Made by a program: the position numbers and the translations under genes. Positions 51,198 to 60,296 of a DNA stretch of 64,000 bases are shown here, piece by piece; position 1 is the first letter of the stretch; every line of letters begins with the position of its first letter. The stretch spans positions 19,495 to 83,494 of IMG/VR virus record IMGVR_UViG_3300035698_005399; one strand, given 5' to 3'. The notes below the pieces were generated by a model. The model made no database searches. It saw nothing but the letters and a program-made list of their open reading frames with translations, and had not been told where the DNA came from. Origin of the DNA: a virus.

Positions 51198-51976
51198 AAT
51201 TCTAAATAAATTTTATTCCAATATGTCTCAAGGCTTCCGTCATCTAAAGTTTTAGAAATTAGCATGTCTTCACCACCACCTAGATGGCTACATCTTCCTC
51301 CACAAACCTTATCTTTATCTCCATCAAAAGAAATATATCCTTCGCTACCTTTTCTATGAAAGTAACCAATGACATCTACTCGTGATGCTATAATCTTAGC
51401 CAGTTTCCCAGTTAAGTTAATATCAATTGATTGGACAGCATCGCCGGTTTTGCTTGCGATAAATTTGTCTTTTACGTGGCAAATGAAAATAATTTCATCA
51501 GCCCAATTTGCCATGTCGTCGTATAATTCTAATACCCAATTACGGGAATGACGATATCCATACCCATCGGGTAATTCATGAACAGTTTGCCAACTTGGAT
51601 CTGCTGGTCCACTCAAGCCAAGATTAAATTTCTTACCTTGTGGTGTGTTCATATAACGATAAGTGCCTGCTAATTCGGCCCACTCATCTACTTTGGTTAA
51701 CGTATCAATTACAATACGCTTATATGGCCTCTCAGCCTTTAACTTATCACCCAGTGCTCTTAGTGTTACTAAGTTCTGAGTGGTATTTCCAGTATTAATG
51801 TCATACCTTAAAGCATTGACATAATCTGCTCCGCCAGGTTCTAATTCAATTATTAGAGTGTCGGGCAATGCTGCACAAATTGCAGTTTTTCCTGATTTTG
51901 GTATACCATAAATCAAAAATGTATTAGGGCTAGAAACATTAGCTTCAGCCGCTTGTGTAGGTAAAATAATATCCAT
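51194..51976 (-). CDS. AAA_24 / Sak4-like P-loop ATPase (recombination)
   Basis: Walker A GIPKSGKT, Walker B IVIDT, G.GY and I.ICH.KD. Confidence 0.8.
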   Translation of the reverse strand: MDIILPTQAAEANVSSPNTFLIYGIPKSGKTAICAALPDTLIIELEPGGADYVNALRYDINTGNTTQNLVTLRALGDKLKAERPYKRIVIDTLTKVDEWAELAGTYRYMNTPQGKKFNLGLSGPADPSWQTVHELPDGYGYRHSRNWVLELYDDMANWADEIIFICHVKDKFIASKTGDAVQSIDINLTGKLAKIIASRVDVIGYFHRKGSEGYISFDGDKDKVCGGRCSHLGGGEDMLISKTLDDGSLETYWNKIYLEL

Positions 51977-53143
51977 TTATTTCATTGATCTTAAATATTC
52001 TGGGTAATCTGGTATATTTGTAGGTAATTCAGCAAAGACATTTACAGCACCATTATAATATAATGCTAGTCTATGATGAGAAGGTCCGAATCTATTTTTT
52101 AAAATTTTAGCATTTCTATAATTATCTTGCATTTGTGATACATCATAACCACGATGATTTTGTATTTCAAAGCGATTTGGTGCAAATATGCCAATAACTA
52201 TATGTGCGTCTCGTTGAGTTTTCTTATTATCACCAAGACCATCTAGACTTGGTTCCAATTTAGATTCAATGCTGTTTCCACCAAATGTAAATTGTTGTTT
52301 CTCTTGATCTGCTGCTTGTTGTTGTACTAATACAGAAGCATATTTCCAATGCTTAGTAATTTGTTTACGACTGTAATCACTACTCCAAGATTGTATGGCT
52401 TGCATGGTGCTACCGCCACGTTCTCCTTGTAATAAGGATATGTGATCTACAATAACAATTTCATACTTATTAGCATTGGTGGGTACATAGTGAGAATATT
52501 TCCAAATATTTCTTTGTCCTTCAGATAAAGCATAATATTCGGTATGAGGAATAAAAACGCCATCACTAACTTTTAATTTAGTATAATAATGAATTCCATT
52601 ATCTTGACTGTATTCTCTCAAATACTTATATATCCCATACGGATTATCAATACTATCTACCAAATCTAAATAAGGTAAATAATCACGTTCAATTATTACA
52701 GCAATACTTTCAATAATGTTTAAATCTTCTGGACTTAAAGTAGAATTGGCATGTCTGCTAAATAAATCATCTTGACTATAAATTTTTCCATAATCAATAT
52801 ATGCCTTGTTTATAATTAAACTATTTACAAATTCTTCTGCACTTTCTTCCAATGCAAAGTAATGTATTTTTAGATCTAATACATTTGTATCGGCAATACC
52901 TAATACAAATTCTATAGCATCTAATACATACATCCTTTTCGTAAGTTGTGTTTTACCAACACCACTATTAGCTGTAATAATTGTTTGAGAACCTTTTACT
53001 ACACCTGGTAATAATTGATTCAGTTTTGGGAATGACTTAAAGGGGATTGCGTTAAATCCTCCTGTCTCCCTGATTTGATGATTGCTTCTAATTTGATTTA
53101 ATGTTCTTTGAACAATATTAATTCCTTGTTGTTCTTGACTCAT
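51977..53143 (-). CDS. DnaB-like replicative helicase
   Basis: Walker A ANSGVGKT, YFALEES, VDHISLL, QQ and KNRFG. Confidence 0.8.
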   Translation of the reverse strand: MSQEQQGINIVQRTLNQIRSNHQIRETGGFNAIPFKSFPKLNQLLPGVVKGSQTIITANSGVGKTQLTKRMYVLDAIEFVLGIADTNVLDLKIHYFALEESAEEFVNSLIINKAYIDYGKIYSQDDLFSRHANSTLSPEDLNIIESIAVIIERDYLPYLDLVDSIDNPYGIYKYLREYSQDNGIHYYTKLKVSDGVFIPHTEYYALSEGQRNIWKYSHYVPTNANKYEIVIVDHISLLQGERGGSTMQAIQSWSSDYSRKQITKHWKYASVLVQQQAADQEKQQFTFGGNSIESKLEPSLDGLGDNKKTQRDAHIVIGIFAPNRFEIQNHRGYDVSQMQDNYRNAKILKNRFGPSHHRLALYYNGAVNVFAELPTNIPDYPEYLRSMK

Positions 53144-53625
53144 AAATCTACATCAAATGGGTTTTCTATAAAAGTTTTATAAGCACCATTGTTTTTTATG
53201 TCTTCACATAATGCTGCTAACTTACTTCTACTTACTTTTCGTGCTGATGGATCTTGTTTGAATATAAAATAATCTGCTTGCATTAAAAAAGTAAAACTAC
53301 CTTCCATGCTATTAATATAAGCATCTCTAGCAAGATAAATTAAATCTTTATCATATTGGGGATATTCGGATAAAAATTGCTTCATCTTTTGTAGACATGC
53401 ATTTCTATCACCCATCGCACCAATCTTTTTACCTTTCCAAGCATTTCTCCAATCATCAATCCAGGCTTCAATATCACCTGTACTTTTTTTTACAAAATAT
53501 GCTTTTCCAACATTTGAAAAATATTTACCACTTTCTTCTATTAATAATCCAAGAGTTACGAATCGTTCAAAATCTTTTTCGGGGATTTGTATTTCTACAC
53601 CGGATTCATAAAACGTAACTTTCAT
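53140..53625 (-). CDS. Hypothetical replication-associated protein
   Basis: 161 aa, between the two helicase genes. Confidence 0.55.
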   Translation of the reverse strand: MKVTFYESGVEIQIPEKDFERFVTLGLLIEESGKYFSNVGKAYFVKKSTGDIEAWIDDWRNAWKGKKIGAMGDRNACLQKMKQFLSEYPQYDKDLIYLARDAYINSMEGSFTFLMQADYFIFKQDPSARKVSRSKLAALCEDIKNNGAYKTFIENPFDVDL

Positions 53626-54746
53626 ATATGTTCGCTCAAAATTATTGTTGGATCTCTAAGATCCAATCCTTCATTTGTTAAGGATTCTAACCACTTCTCT
53701 TCTTGTGTTGTCAATGTAACGATAATAAATATCTCTGCTACATGTCCTTCACGCCATCTCACAGCACGACCAATGCGTTGTACTGTATTGAGTAGTCTTC
53801 CATTATAACTATGTATAATGAGAGCGTCTACGTCTGTTAGATTAGCTCCTTCTTTAATCTTCTTCGCCGCACCAATTACAGAAATCTTTTTGTCATTAAA
53901 ATCTGTATATATCTTATTATTTGCTGGAGCTTTCTTGTTTGAATGTATAGCATATCTGGTAATCTTATCTAGCGCACTAGTAGATTCACCAAATAATACA
54001 ATTCGTTGACCTTTTAAACTTTTTAATATGTTCTTTGTAACAGGAACTTTACTGGGCAGGTTGTGTAAGAATCTCATTCGTCCAAATATAGCAAACCTTT
54101 CTTGGTCTGGGTTATTACTATATCTAAACATGCCAATTTTCTTTGTTAAAAAATCGTATTGTTTTTGTTCGGTTTGTTTAAAATATCCTTTTGCTTTGCT
54201 ACCGGCTTTCATTACTTTAGCTTTGTTATCTAATCTATGATAAACTAAAGTAATATTATACGGGGAGACGACTTTTTCTTCAATTGCTGTAGTAAAATCA
54301 TATTCAAATATCACAGGACATTTAATATCTACTAATAAAGGTTTTCTATCACTTTCAATTGTTGCACTTAATCCAATAATCTTATCGAAGGTGTTATTTT
54401 CAAAAAATTTGATATAACTTTCACTAAGACCATTATGAATTTCATCTGCAATAATTAAATTGTAATGTTCATTCTTTATTTTATAAGCTGATGCATAACA
54501 TACAGCTTCAATTGATTCAAAATCCTCTCCCCACTTTTCAAATTCTTTTCTCCAATCTACATCACGTAATTTTTCTGTTGGAACTAGTAGAATATTTCTA
54601 CCAGGATATTTGGCATGTGCCATAATTCCAACACGAGATTTACCTGATCCAGTACACATTGCCAATGTGCCTTTTCCTATACTGTCCCAAATATCAAAAG
54701 CTTCATTCTGAATCTGATCCTGACGAGTGTTCAACTTCGTCATCAT
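53622..54746 (-). CDS. SF2 (DExH) helicase
   Basis: TGSGKS, DEIH, SAT, EG.N and QRIGRAVR. Confidence 0.85.
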   Translation of the reverse strand: MMTKLNTRQDQIQNEAFDIWDSIGKGTLAMCTGSGKSRVGIMAHAKYPGRNILLVPTEKLRDVDWRKEFEKWGEDFESIEAVCYASAYKIKNEHYNLIIADEIHNGLSESYIKFFENNTFDKIIGLSATIESDRKPLLVDIKCPVIFEYDFTTAIEEKVVSPYNITLVYHRLDNKAKVMKAGSKAKGYFKQTEQKQYDFLTKKIGMFRYSNNPDQERFAIFGRMRFLHNLPSKVPVTKNILKSLKGQRIVLFGESTSALDKITRYAIHSNKKAPANNKIYTDFNDKKISVIGAAKKIKEGANLTDVDALIIHSYNGRLLNTVQRIGRAVRWREGHVAEIFIIVTLTTQEEKWLESLTNEGLDLRDPTIILSEHI

Positions 54747-54903
54747 CTAAATTATGTTTATCTATTGATAAATTTAAATCATATTCTTGAGCAATCCATT
54801 CAATAACTCTATGACCATTAGCAAATGCTGTTAATGTATCATCATTCAAGCCTTTTAAATAATCCTCTAATGATTCTATATCTATTGCTGTTTTATCACT
54901 CAT
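54703..54903 (-). CDS. Hypothetical protein
   Basis: 66-aa acidic ORF. Confidence 0.45.
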   Translation of the reverse strand: MSDKTAIDIESLEDYLKGLNDDTLTAFANGHRVIEWIAQEYDLNLSIDKHNLDDDEVEHSSGSDSE

Positions 54904-55411
54904 CTTTATCTACAATATTATCTTCGATTAAACTATCTAATGTAATTTTATTTACATTAGTTGTTTTGTTATAAGAAGCTTCAATTCTTTTTACAACTTC
55001 ATCATCAAGTTCAATTTCAATTTCATCTGCATATGTTACCTCTAATATTTCTAAAGCGGCTTCCTGCTCATCAATACTATTAAGGTGTTTATTAAATTGT
55101 GGATGCCCGTGTTCATTAAACCATTTTTTAAAATGTCTAATTTCATGCTCATCAAAAGCACCACCAATAATAATTAATGTTTCAGGATCTTGTTCTTCAA
55201 TGTGTAATGTGCTTACTTCATAAAGCATTCTTGGACCATTAGCATATGCTGCTGCTACATGATCAGCAAAATCATCTTGTCCACAATGTTCCCACCAATC
55301 ATTAAATTCTTCAGCATGTATTGGTTGGAATCCTTTTAAGAGTATGCTATCGTTATAATTTGCTGTCATTTTTTTATTATTTGCCTGTGCTTCCAAATCC
55401 ATCTTCGCCAC
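54896..55411 (-). CDS. Hypothetical acidic protein
   Basis: 171-aa ORF with an internally repeated F..W(W/F).(H)..G segment. Confidence 0.5.
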   Translation of the reverse strand: MAKMDLEAQANNKKMTANYNDSILLKGFQPIHAEEFNDWWEHCGQDDFADHVAAAYANGPRMLYEVSTLHIEEQDPETLIIIGGAFDEHEIRHFKKWFNEHGHPQFNKHLNSIDEQEAALEILEVTYADEIEIELDDEVVKRIEASYNKTTNVNKITLDSLIEDNIVDKDE

Positions 55412-55796
55412 GTTCAGTGGTACTTAATTCTTCAACTTCTTCATATTCAACAAGAGGAAGTGGTAAAATAACTAATTGTCCAATACGATCACCAACGTTA
55501 TAAGCAACTTGATAATAACCTCTGAAACGAAATGTAAGTTCACCACGATATCCACTGTCAATAACACCAACTGAATTTGTTAAACTCAAACTAGTTTTAT
55601 AAATAGAACTGCGTGGAAAAATTAATCCAACATGTCCTTCTGGAATTTCAACCGCAATGCCAGTCCTATATATAATTTGACCAGAATAATTATCCATCTC
55701 TTTTTCAATAGCAGTTAAATCTGCTCCAGCATCTCCTACTTTAGCAATCTTTGGAATTACTGCAGCAGGATGTAATTTTTTAAATTTAATTGTCAT
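55377..55796 (-). CDS. dut: dUTPase (trimeric)
   Basis: AGADL, PRSS, GVIDSGYRGE, RIGQL and RGEDGFGSTG; ATG at 55796. Confidence 0.95.
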   Translation of the reverse strand: MTIKFKKLHPAAVIPKIAKVGDAGADLTAIEKEMDNYSGQIIYRTGIAVEIPEGHVGLIFPRSSIYKTSLSLTNSVGVIDSGYRGELTFRFRGYYQVAYNVGDRIGQLVILPLPLVEYEEVEELSTTERGEDGFGSTGK

Positions 55797-56016
55797 CTGC
55801 TTCAAAGTTTTCATCAAAATAATCTTTTGCAATTAACCAAATATCATCATGATTTTTTGGATTTCTTGCAATCATATCTCCAGTTTTAGGAGAACCATTT
55901 TCTTTACCTGTTTCTGAAATAGATAATCTACTCATAAACGATTCAGAATATAATGCATTAGGGTCATACTCGTGTAATTCAGCAACCTGAACCCTTTTAT
56001 ATTTCTTAAATTTCAT
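55786..56016 (-). CDS. Hypothetical protein
   Basis: 76 aa; GDMIARNP.N..D.WL....YF..NF. Confidence 0.6.
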   Translation of the reverse strand: MKFKKYKRVQVAELHEYDPNALYSESFMSRLSISETGKENGSPKTGDMIARNPKNHDDIWLIAKDYFDENFEADDN

Positions 56017-56287
56017 AATGTTATTTCTTTCCAGTGACTTGGTATCTGATTCATTGCTGATGAATCTTCAAATTGTTCGTCATCCAACATACTGTCTCTT
56101 GTGTGATATTCATCATGTGTATTACACCAATATGCTGATACCCATCCAGAAACATCATCTAAGAAACCTATTCTTATACCTCTGGGATTCCAATCAGGAT
56201 GTTTCCAATTTTCATTAAATAACAAGACTTCTATTCCTGGCTCGGGGGTTCCCATTTTTATTGATTTCCAGTCTTTCATAATGTTAT
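56011..56287. repeat. 14-bp direct repeat TTTCATAATGTTAT at 56011-56024 and 56274-56287
   Basis: Exact copies at both junctions of the 88-aa ORF. Confidence 0.7.
56013..56279 (-). CDS. Hypothetical protein (DUF551-like)
   Basis: W.SIK...P....EVL N-terminus and PSHW..I C-terminus; flanked by a 14-bp direct repeat. Confidence 0.55.
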   Translation of the reverse strand: MKDWKSIKMGTPEPGIEVLLFNENWKHPDWNPRGIRIGFLDDVSGWVSAYWCNTHDEYHTRDSMLDDEQFEDSSAMNQIPSHWKEITL

Positions 56288-57364
56288 ATTTTCTCCTTTA
56301 AATGTTTTACGAAGTTGAATGAATCCTCTGAAATTACCAGACCATCCTAAATTATCATTATGGCTTTCAACAAATTTACTACCATCAGTATCTGTAGCAA
56401 CATAAGCACCCCCTCTTATGTTATCATTATATTCATTACCTGTCATAACCTTAGCACAATGTTCAAATGGACTCCAATGACCTGATGTAGATAAGCGTTC
56501 ATAAAGTTTAAGATCAGCTTCATAATCATCTTTACCTTCGAAGTTATTATAGCTAATTCTAGCACATCGTGCTGTAGCTATTTTAATTCGCACCGCATCC
56601 ATGTCTGAACGATTTGCTAAATTATTCCCCATTAATTTAACTAAACTAGCAGTAGCATGAATGCCATCACCAAAAGGAATATGCCATTCTCCAGATTTAA
56701 GCTCTTTAGGAGTAGACTCATTACGAGCATCCCACATAGCTTCAGCTACAGCTTGAATATGAATTTCAGCTTCTGATTTATTGATTTCTAACCATTCGAT
56801 TGGTGTGTAATTATCAATATCATCTGAATAAACTGCCATCTTTAAATCTTTCTTACTTCTAAAAGTATGATCTTGCCAATTACTGCCTCTATCAGATATA
56901 TCTTCGGATAGACTAATCGTATACTGAGGACATCTAAGAGCAAAGAAATTCTCCCACTCAGTAGCTGTTACAATAACTTTGTGATACATAAATGGTTCAA
57001 GTAATCTATTGCAAAGTTGTTTAGTTGCACCTTGACCATTTAATTCATGACTAGTGCTAACAGCTCTATCTCTTCCTTGTAACCAAGAATTTTCTAAATA
57101 TGTTATTTCTCTTTCGTTAGTTATATATTCAGTTCCTTGCATCCCTTTATGATCCTTTTGCCAAGCAATAGGAATAAAAGGATTCTCTTGTACTAACTCA
57201 AGCATCTTCTTAAAAGGAATCGCCCTACTACTTCCGCTGTTTCTAGAGAACCTTCTGTGAGTATTGAACTCAGCTAAAACGATTCTAGGAAAATTGAGTA
57301 CCATTGTGGTAATTCTATCTCCTTGTGGATTCCTTGAGTCTGCTATTACTTTGGCGTTAATCAT
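56276..57364 (-). CDS. thyX: Flavin-dependent thymidylate synthase (ThyX-like)
   Basis: PR...AEFNTHR.FSRNS.SSRAIP, KQ..NRLLEP, NFF.LR and H.SPFEH. Confidence 0.85.
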   Translation of the reverse strand: MINAKVIADSRNPQGDRITTMVLNFPRIVLAEFNTHRRFSRNSGSSRAIPFKKMLELVQENPFIPIAWQKDHKGMQGTEYITNEREITYLENSWLQGRDRAVSTSHELNGQGATKQLCNRLLEPFMYHKVIVTATEWENFFALRCPQYTISLSEDISDRGSNWQDHTFRSKKDLKMAVYSDDIDNYTPIEWLEINKSEAEIHIQAVAEAMWDARNESTPKELKSGEWHIPFGDGIHATASLVKLMGNNLANRSDMDAVRIKIATARCARISYNNFEGKDDYEADLKLYERLSTSGHWSPFEHCAKVMTGNEYNDNIRGGAYVATDTDGSKFVESHNDNLGWSGNFRGFIQLRKTFKGENITL

Positions 57365-57554
57365 GGTTTTTTTTTGTTATATATAATGCCCAATTACCAA
57401 TTACTATTGAAATTGGCCAGAGGAATGCTCCTATAATTGAAATAAAAACAGATAATGCTGTAGTGGGTTCATCAAGTATTCTTTTGGTTAATAACACAGA
57501 CGTTATTGAATTTAGTACCATATATAGGTACATTATAATAAATAAAGTTGTCAT
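57357..57554 (-). CDS. Small membrane protein
   Basis: 65 aa with two hydrophobic segments. Confidence 0.5.
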   Translation of the reverse strand: MTTLFIIMYLYMVLNSITSVLLTKRILDEPTTALSVFISIIGAFLWPISIVIGNWALYITKKNHD

Positions 57555-57556
57555 AA

Positions 57557-57850
57557 TTATGTTTGAATTTTAAGTGTTTTTTGTTTGCATTTTGGAAACA
57601 AGGGCCTTGCAATTCTGACAATATCAACTAAACAAGAATGTTTGATATTTTCACCAATTGTCATACAACCTAATCGTATTGCACCAGATCCAGTAAAAAG
57701 TTCATGTAAACGTTCAATTTCTTTCTTGGCTCCTTTTTTAGTAAATGATTTAGCAGGTGTATATATAAAATGGCGATCTTCAAATCCACATTCGTCTGGT
57801 AAATATACTGTTGCTTCTAAATGATAATTTTTTTTCTCTTTCTTTTTCAT
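57557..57850 (-). CDS. Hypothetical protein
   Basis: 97 aa, basic, TAATG-coupled to polB. Confidence 0.5.
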   Translation of the reverse strand: MKKKEKKNYHLEATVYLPDECGFEDRHFIYTPAKSFTKKGAKKEIERLHELFTGSGAIRLGCMTIGENIKHSCLVDIVRIARPLFPKCKQKTLKIQT

Positions 57851-58914
57851 TAAAATAAAGTTTTTTGAAAATTGTTATTTAGCTTTAAGATAATGTCATT
57901 TGCACGTTTAGTATAATAACCATAATTAATATTATAGTCGTCTGAACCAAAAAAATCATTAAATAATGTAATCTTGAATCCTGCTACCAAACTTACTCTT
58001 TTATCTTGAGCTTTATATTTTTTATATAGATACCCTCCAGTATTACTAACGTAATATCTATTGTTTTTTTGGAGATTGTCTATTTTATAATTACCATCAT
58101 TAAAATAATGATGTTCTGTTTGAAATTGTGGTCCTGTTTTTTGAGCCATACAAAAATCATAAATATTATCATGATTCTTAAAGAACTCTAATATATCAGC
58201 ACCATTAATTAAATGCTCGTATATAGCTTTTGCTATAACTGGAGCATCATACCCACCACTTAAATTTTCACTTGTTGAAAAGTCACCTTTAATTTTAACA
58301 TTATCATATTCGTCTACAATAAGATAATTATTAACATCTTTAATGTACATTTTCTTGTACTCAACAAATTCTAAAATAAATCCGGTCTCTTCTTGCCACT
58401 CTTTAGAAATCTGATAATACGTATCAGTTAATGAACGATCAAATAGACAAGTTATACCATCAGTATTACTATAAACACATTTGATACCAGCTAGACTTAG
58501 CTTTTCAACAAGCATAAGTAAGAATAGTTGACCATTAAGTGTCACACTATACATTGCTTGTTTGTCTAATAAATAACTATAATCATTACCTAGCTTACCA
58601 TATATACTGTTGATGGCTATCTTTAAAGCTTCTGCTTTAAGCGCCATCTTGGGGTCTTCCTTCTTGAGAACTTTAGCTTTAAGCCGCTGCTGCATAATAT
58701 CATTAACAATATGATAAAAATCTTTACCTAAATGTTCTGGATAAATGCCCAATTCTACAAGAATAGCTGGATAGAACGAACTTGCATCCGCATCCAGTAT
58801 AATTTCATTTGCTTTAGGAATAATAATTCCAGGTTTGCTTTCACTATGTAGACCTCCCTTTGCCATAGTATGCATCAAACCATCTATCGCTATTCTTCGT
58901 TTAAAGTCAAGCAT
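57850..58914 (-). CDS. Family B DNA polymerase, polymerase part (-1 frame relative to the exonuclease part)
   Basis: GGLHS, motif A D.SSFYP, motif B KIAINSIYGK and motif C NTDG. Confidence 0.9.
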   Translation of the reverse strand: MLDFKRRIAIDGLMHTMAKGGLHSESKPGIIIPKANEIILDADASSFYPAILVELGIYPEHLGKDFYHIVNDIMQQRLKAKVLKKEDPKMALKAEALKIAINSIYGKLGNDYSYLLDKQAMYSVTLNGQLFLLMLVEKLSLAGIKCVYSNTDGITCLFDRSLTDTYYQISKEWQEETGFILEFVEYKKMYIKDVNNYLIVDEYDNVKIKGDFSTSENLSGGYDAPVIAKAIYEHLINGADILEFFKNHDNIYDFCMAQKTGPQFQTEHHYFNDGNYKIDNLQKNNRYYVSNTGGYLYKKYKAQDKRVSLVAGFKITLFNDFFGSDDYNINYGYYTKRANDIILKLNNNFQKTLF

Positions 58915-59669
58915 TGTATTTCAATTGTTTTTAAATCATCGAGTAGATGTTTTAATTGATCTGTTTGAAATACGATTTTGTCTGATATACAATCTTTAAA
59001 GTGTACTGTTTGTCTTTTAGTGCTAAGATATCTAAACCTTCTTGGTTCCAATCCTGTGGCGTCAGCATAAAGCTTTTCCATTAATTTATCTCCAACACCG
59101 GCTCTACTTTTGTTAATTACATTTACATTGTAATTTGCACCAACGTCTATTCTAAGGTTTATTTCTGGTAAAATTCTAAAAAATAATTTCTTAGTAATTA
59201 ATACATCGTTTAAATTATATTGTAGGATTTCCTCAATTTGGTTTTCAGAAATGATACTTTCGTGATGTAAAGGAAAGTCTTGAATTTTAGGCCATTGCAT
59301 ATTAATGGCGCATTGTTTCAAACTAATACCTTTTGCGTCGTGGTGTAATATCTTATATAAATCTACAGTCAAATATCCAAGTTTAGCTTGTTGCTTCTTT
59401 TCACTTTCGATAATTTTCTGTGTTGTTTTATATAATTGTTGATTAGACTGCCCTTGGTTAAATGCTTTTAATAAAACATCATCAAATTCTAGATTATTAT
59501 AACCTACAAGTGATGTAATTGTTTCATAAAATGAATTGTAATTTGCTATACTTTCACTATATTCATCATTCAATTTGTATATTGTAAAGCTATCTTCAGA
59601 ATGAAGGTCTACAAATATAATTGAAAAAAAATTGGGGAATACTTCAATATCATAAGCATAAGAACTCAT
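58890..59669 (-). CDS. Family B DNA polymerase, N-terminal 3'-5' exonuclease part
   Basis: ExoI YDIEV, ExoII GYNN..FD, SLK and ExoIII YNLNDV; ATG at 59669. Confidence 0.85.
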   Translation of the reverse strand: MSSYAYDIEVFPNFFSIIFVDLHSEDSFTIYKLNDEYSESIANYNSFYETITSLVGYNNLEFDDVLLKAFNQGQSNQQLYKTTQKIIESEKKQQAKLGYLTVDLYKILHHDAKGISLKQCAINMQWPKIQDFPLHHESIISENQIEEILQYNLNDVLITKKLFFRILPEINLRIDVGANYNVNVINKSRAGVGDKLMEKLYADATGLEPRRFRYLSTKRQTVHFKDCISDKIVFQTDQLKHLLDDLKTIEIQCLTLNEE

Positions 59670-59672
59670 AAT

Positions 59673-59706
59673 AAAAAAGGGGAGTAACAAATTAATGTCA
59701 CTCCCC
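59673..59706 (-). terminator. Intrinsic terminator
   Basis: Minus strand reads GGGGAGTGACA-TTAATT-TGTTACTCCCC followed by TTTTTT. Confidence 0.8.
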
Positions 59707-59712
59707 AATTAT

Positions 59713-60006
59713 TTAGGCTTTGGCTGCGCCAAAATCCATTTGCAGACCTAGTTCTTCTGCAGCAGCTTGATATGCTTCCAAATCATCTTTAGCATCTGCT
59801 AAATCACGTTGGGCTTCTACATAACGTGCTGGATTGAAAGGTACGCTTACAGCTTTAACCAAAGCACTTTGTGCTCGGCTTACTGCACGTCCTGCAGTTG
59901 CAATTGCGTTAATCATTTCACCAGCAGCTTCTTGTACTTGGTATTCTACTAATCCGGCCTCTTTTTGCTCTTTGCTACGACCGATGGTTTCTCTAAATGT
60001 TGCCAT
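59713..60006 (-). CDS. Small Ala-rich helical protein
   Basis: 97 aa, visibly higher GC than its neighbours, followed by a terminator. Confidence 0.65.
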   Translation of the reverse strand: MATFRETIGRSKEQKEAGLVEYQVQEAAGEMINAIATAGRAVSRAQSALVKAVSVPFNPARYVEAQRDLADAKDDLEAYQAAAEELGLQMDFGAAKA

Positions 60007-60017
60007 GTTAAATTAAA

Positions 60018-60296
60018 TTAAAAGGGGTGTTTTGCAACCCCATATTTTGGAATATAATTCCTAATGTTGCGATTTTTATCGCGTCTTCTTCTTAATTGGA
60101 ATCTCTCTGTTGGAGGAGCATTGAATTCTTGTGAATCATTCAGCTTCATACTACTACGATATTCACGCATTAAATCATCTGGTGATAATATTTTTGCGTT
60201 CATATAATGCTTTGCTTGTTTAATCTGCGCTTCATTGATTAATGCATCTTCCGCCATCCTCAAGAGATCTTCCAAACTATCCTTGGTTTTACTCAT
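60018..60296 (-). CDS. Hypothetical protein
   Basis: 92 aa with a basic C-terminus. Confidence 0.55.
   Translation of the reverse strand: MSKTKDSLEDLLRMAEDALINEAQIKQAKHYMNAKILSPDDLMREYRSSMKLNDSQEFNAPPTERFQLRRRRDKNRNIRNYIPKYGVAKHPF

Noticed and set aside
57850-59669. Intron or intein explaining the polB split
   Set aside because: The two ORFs overlap by 25 nt with no intervening sequence or homing endonuclease.
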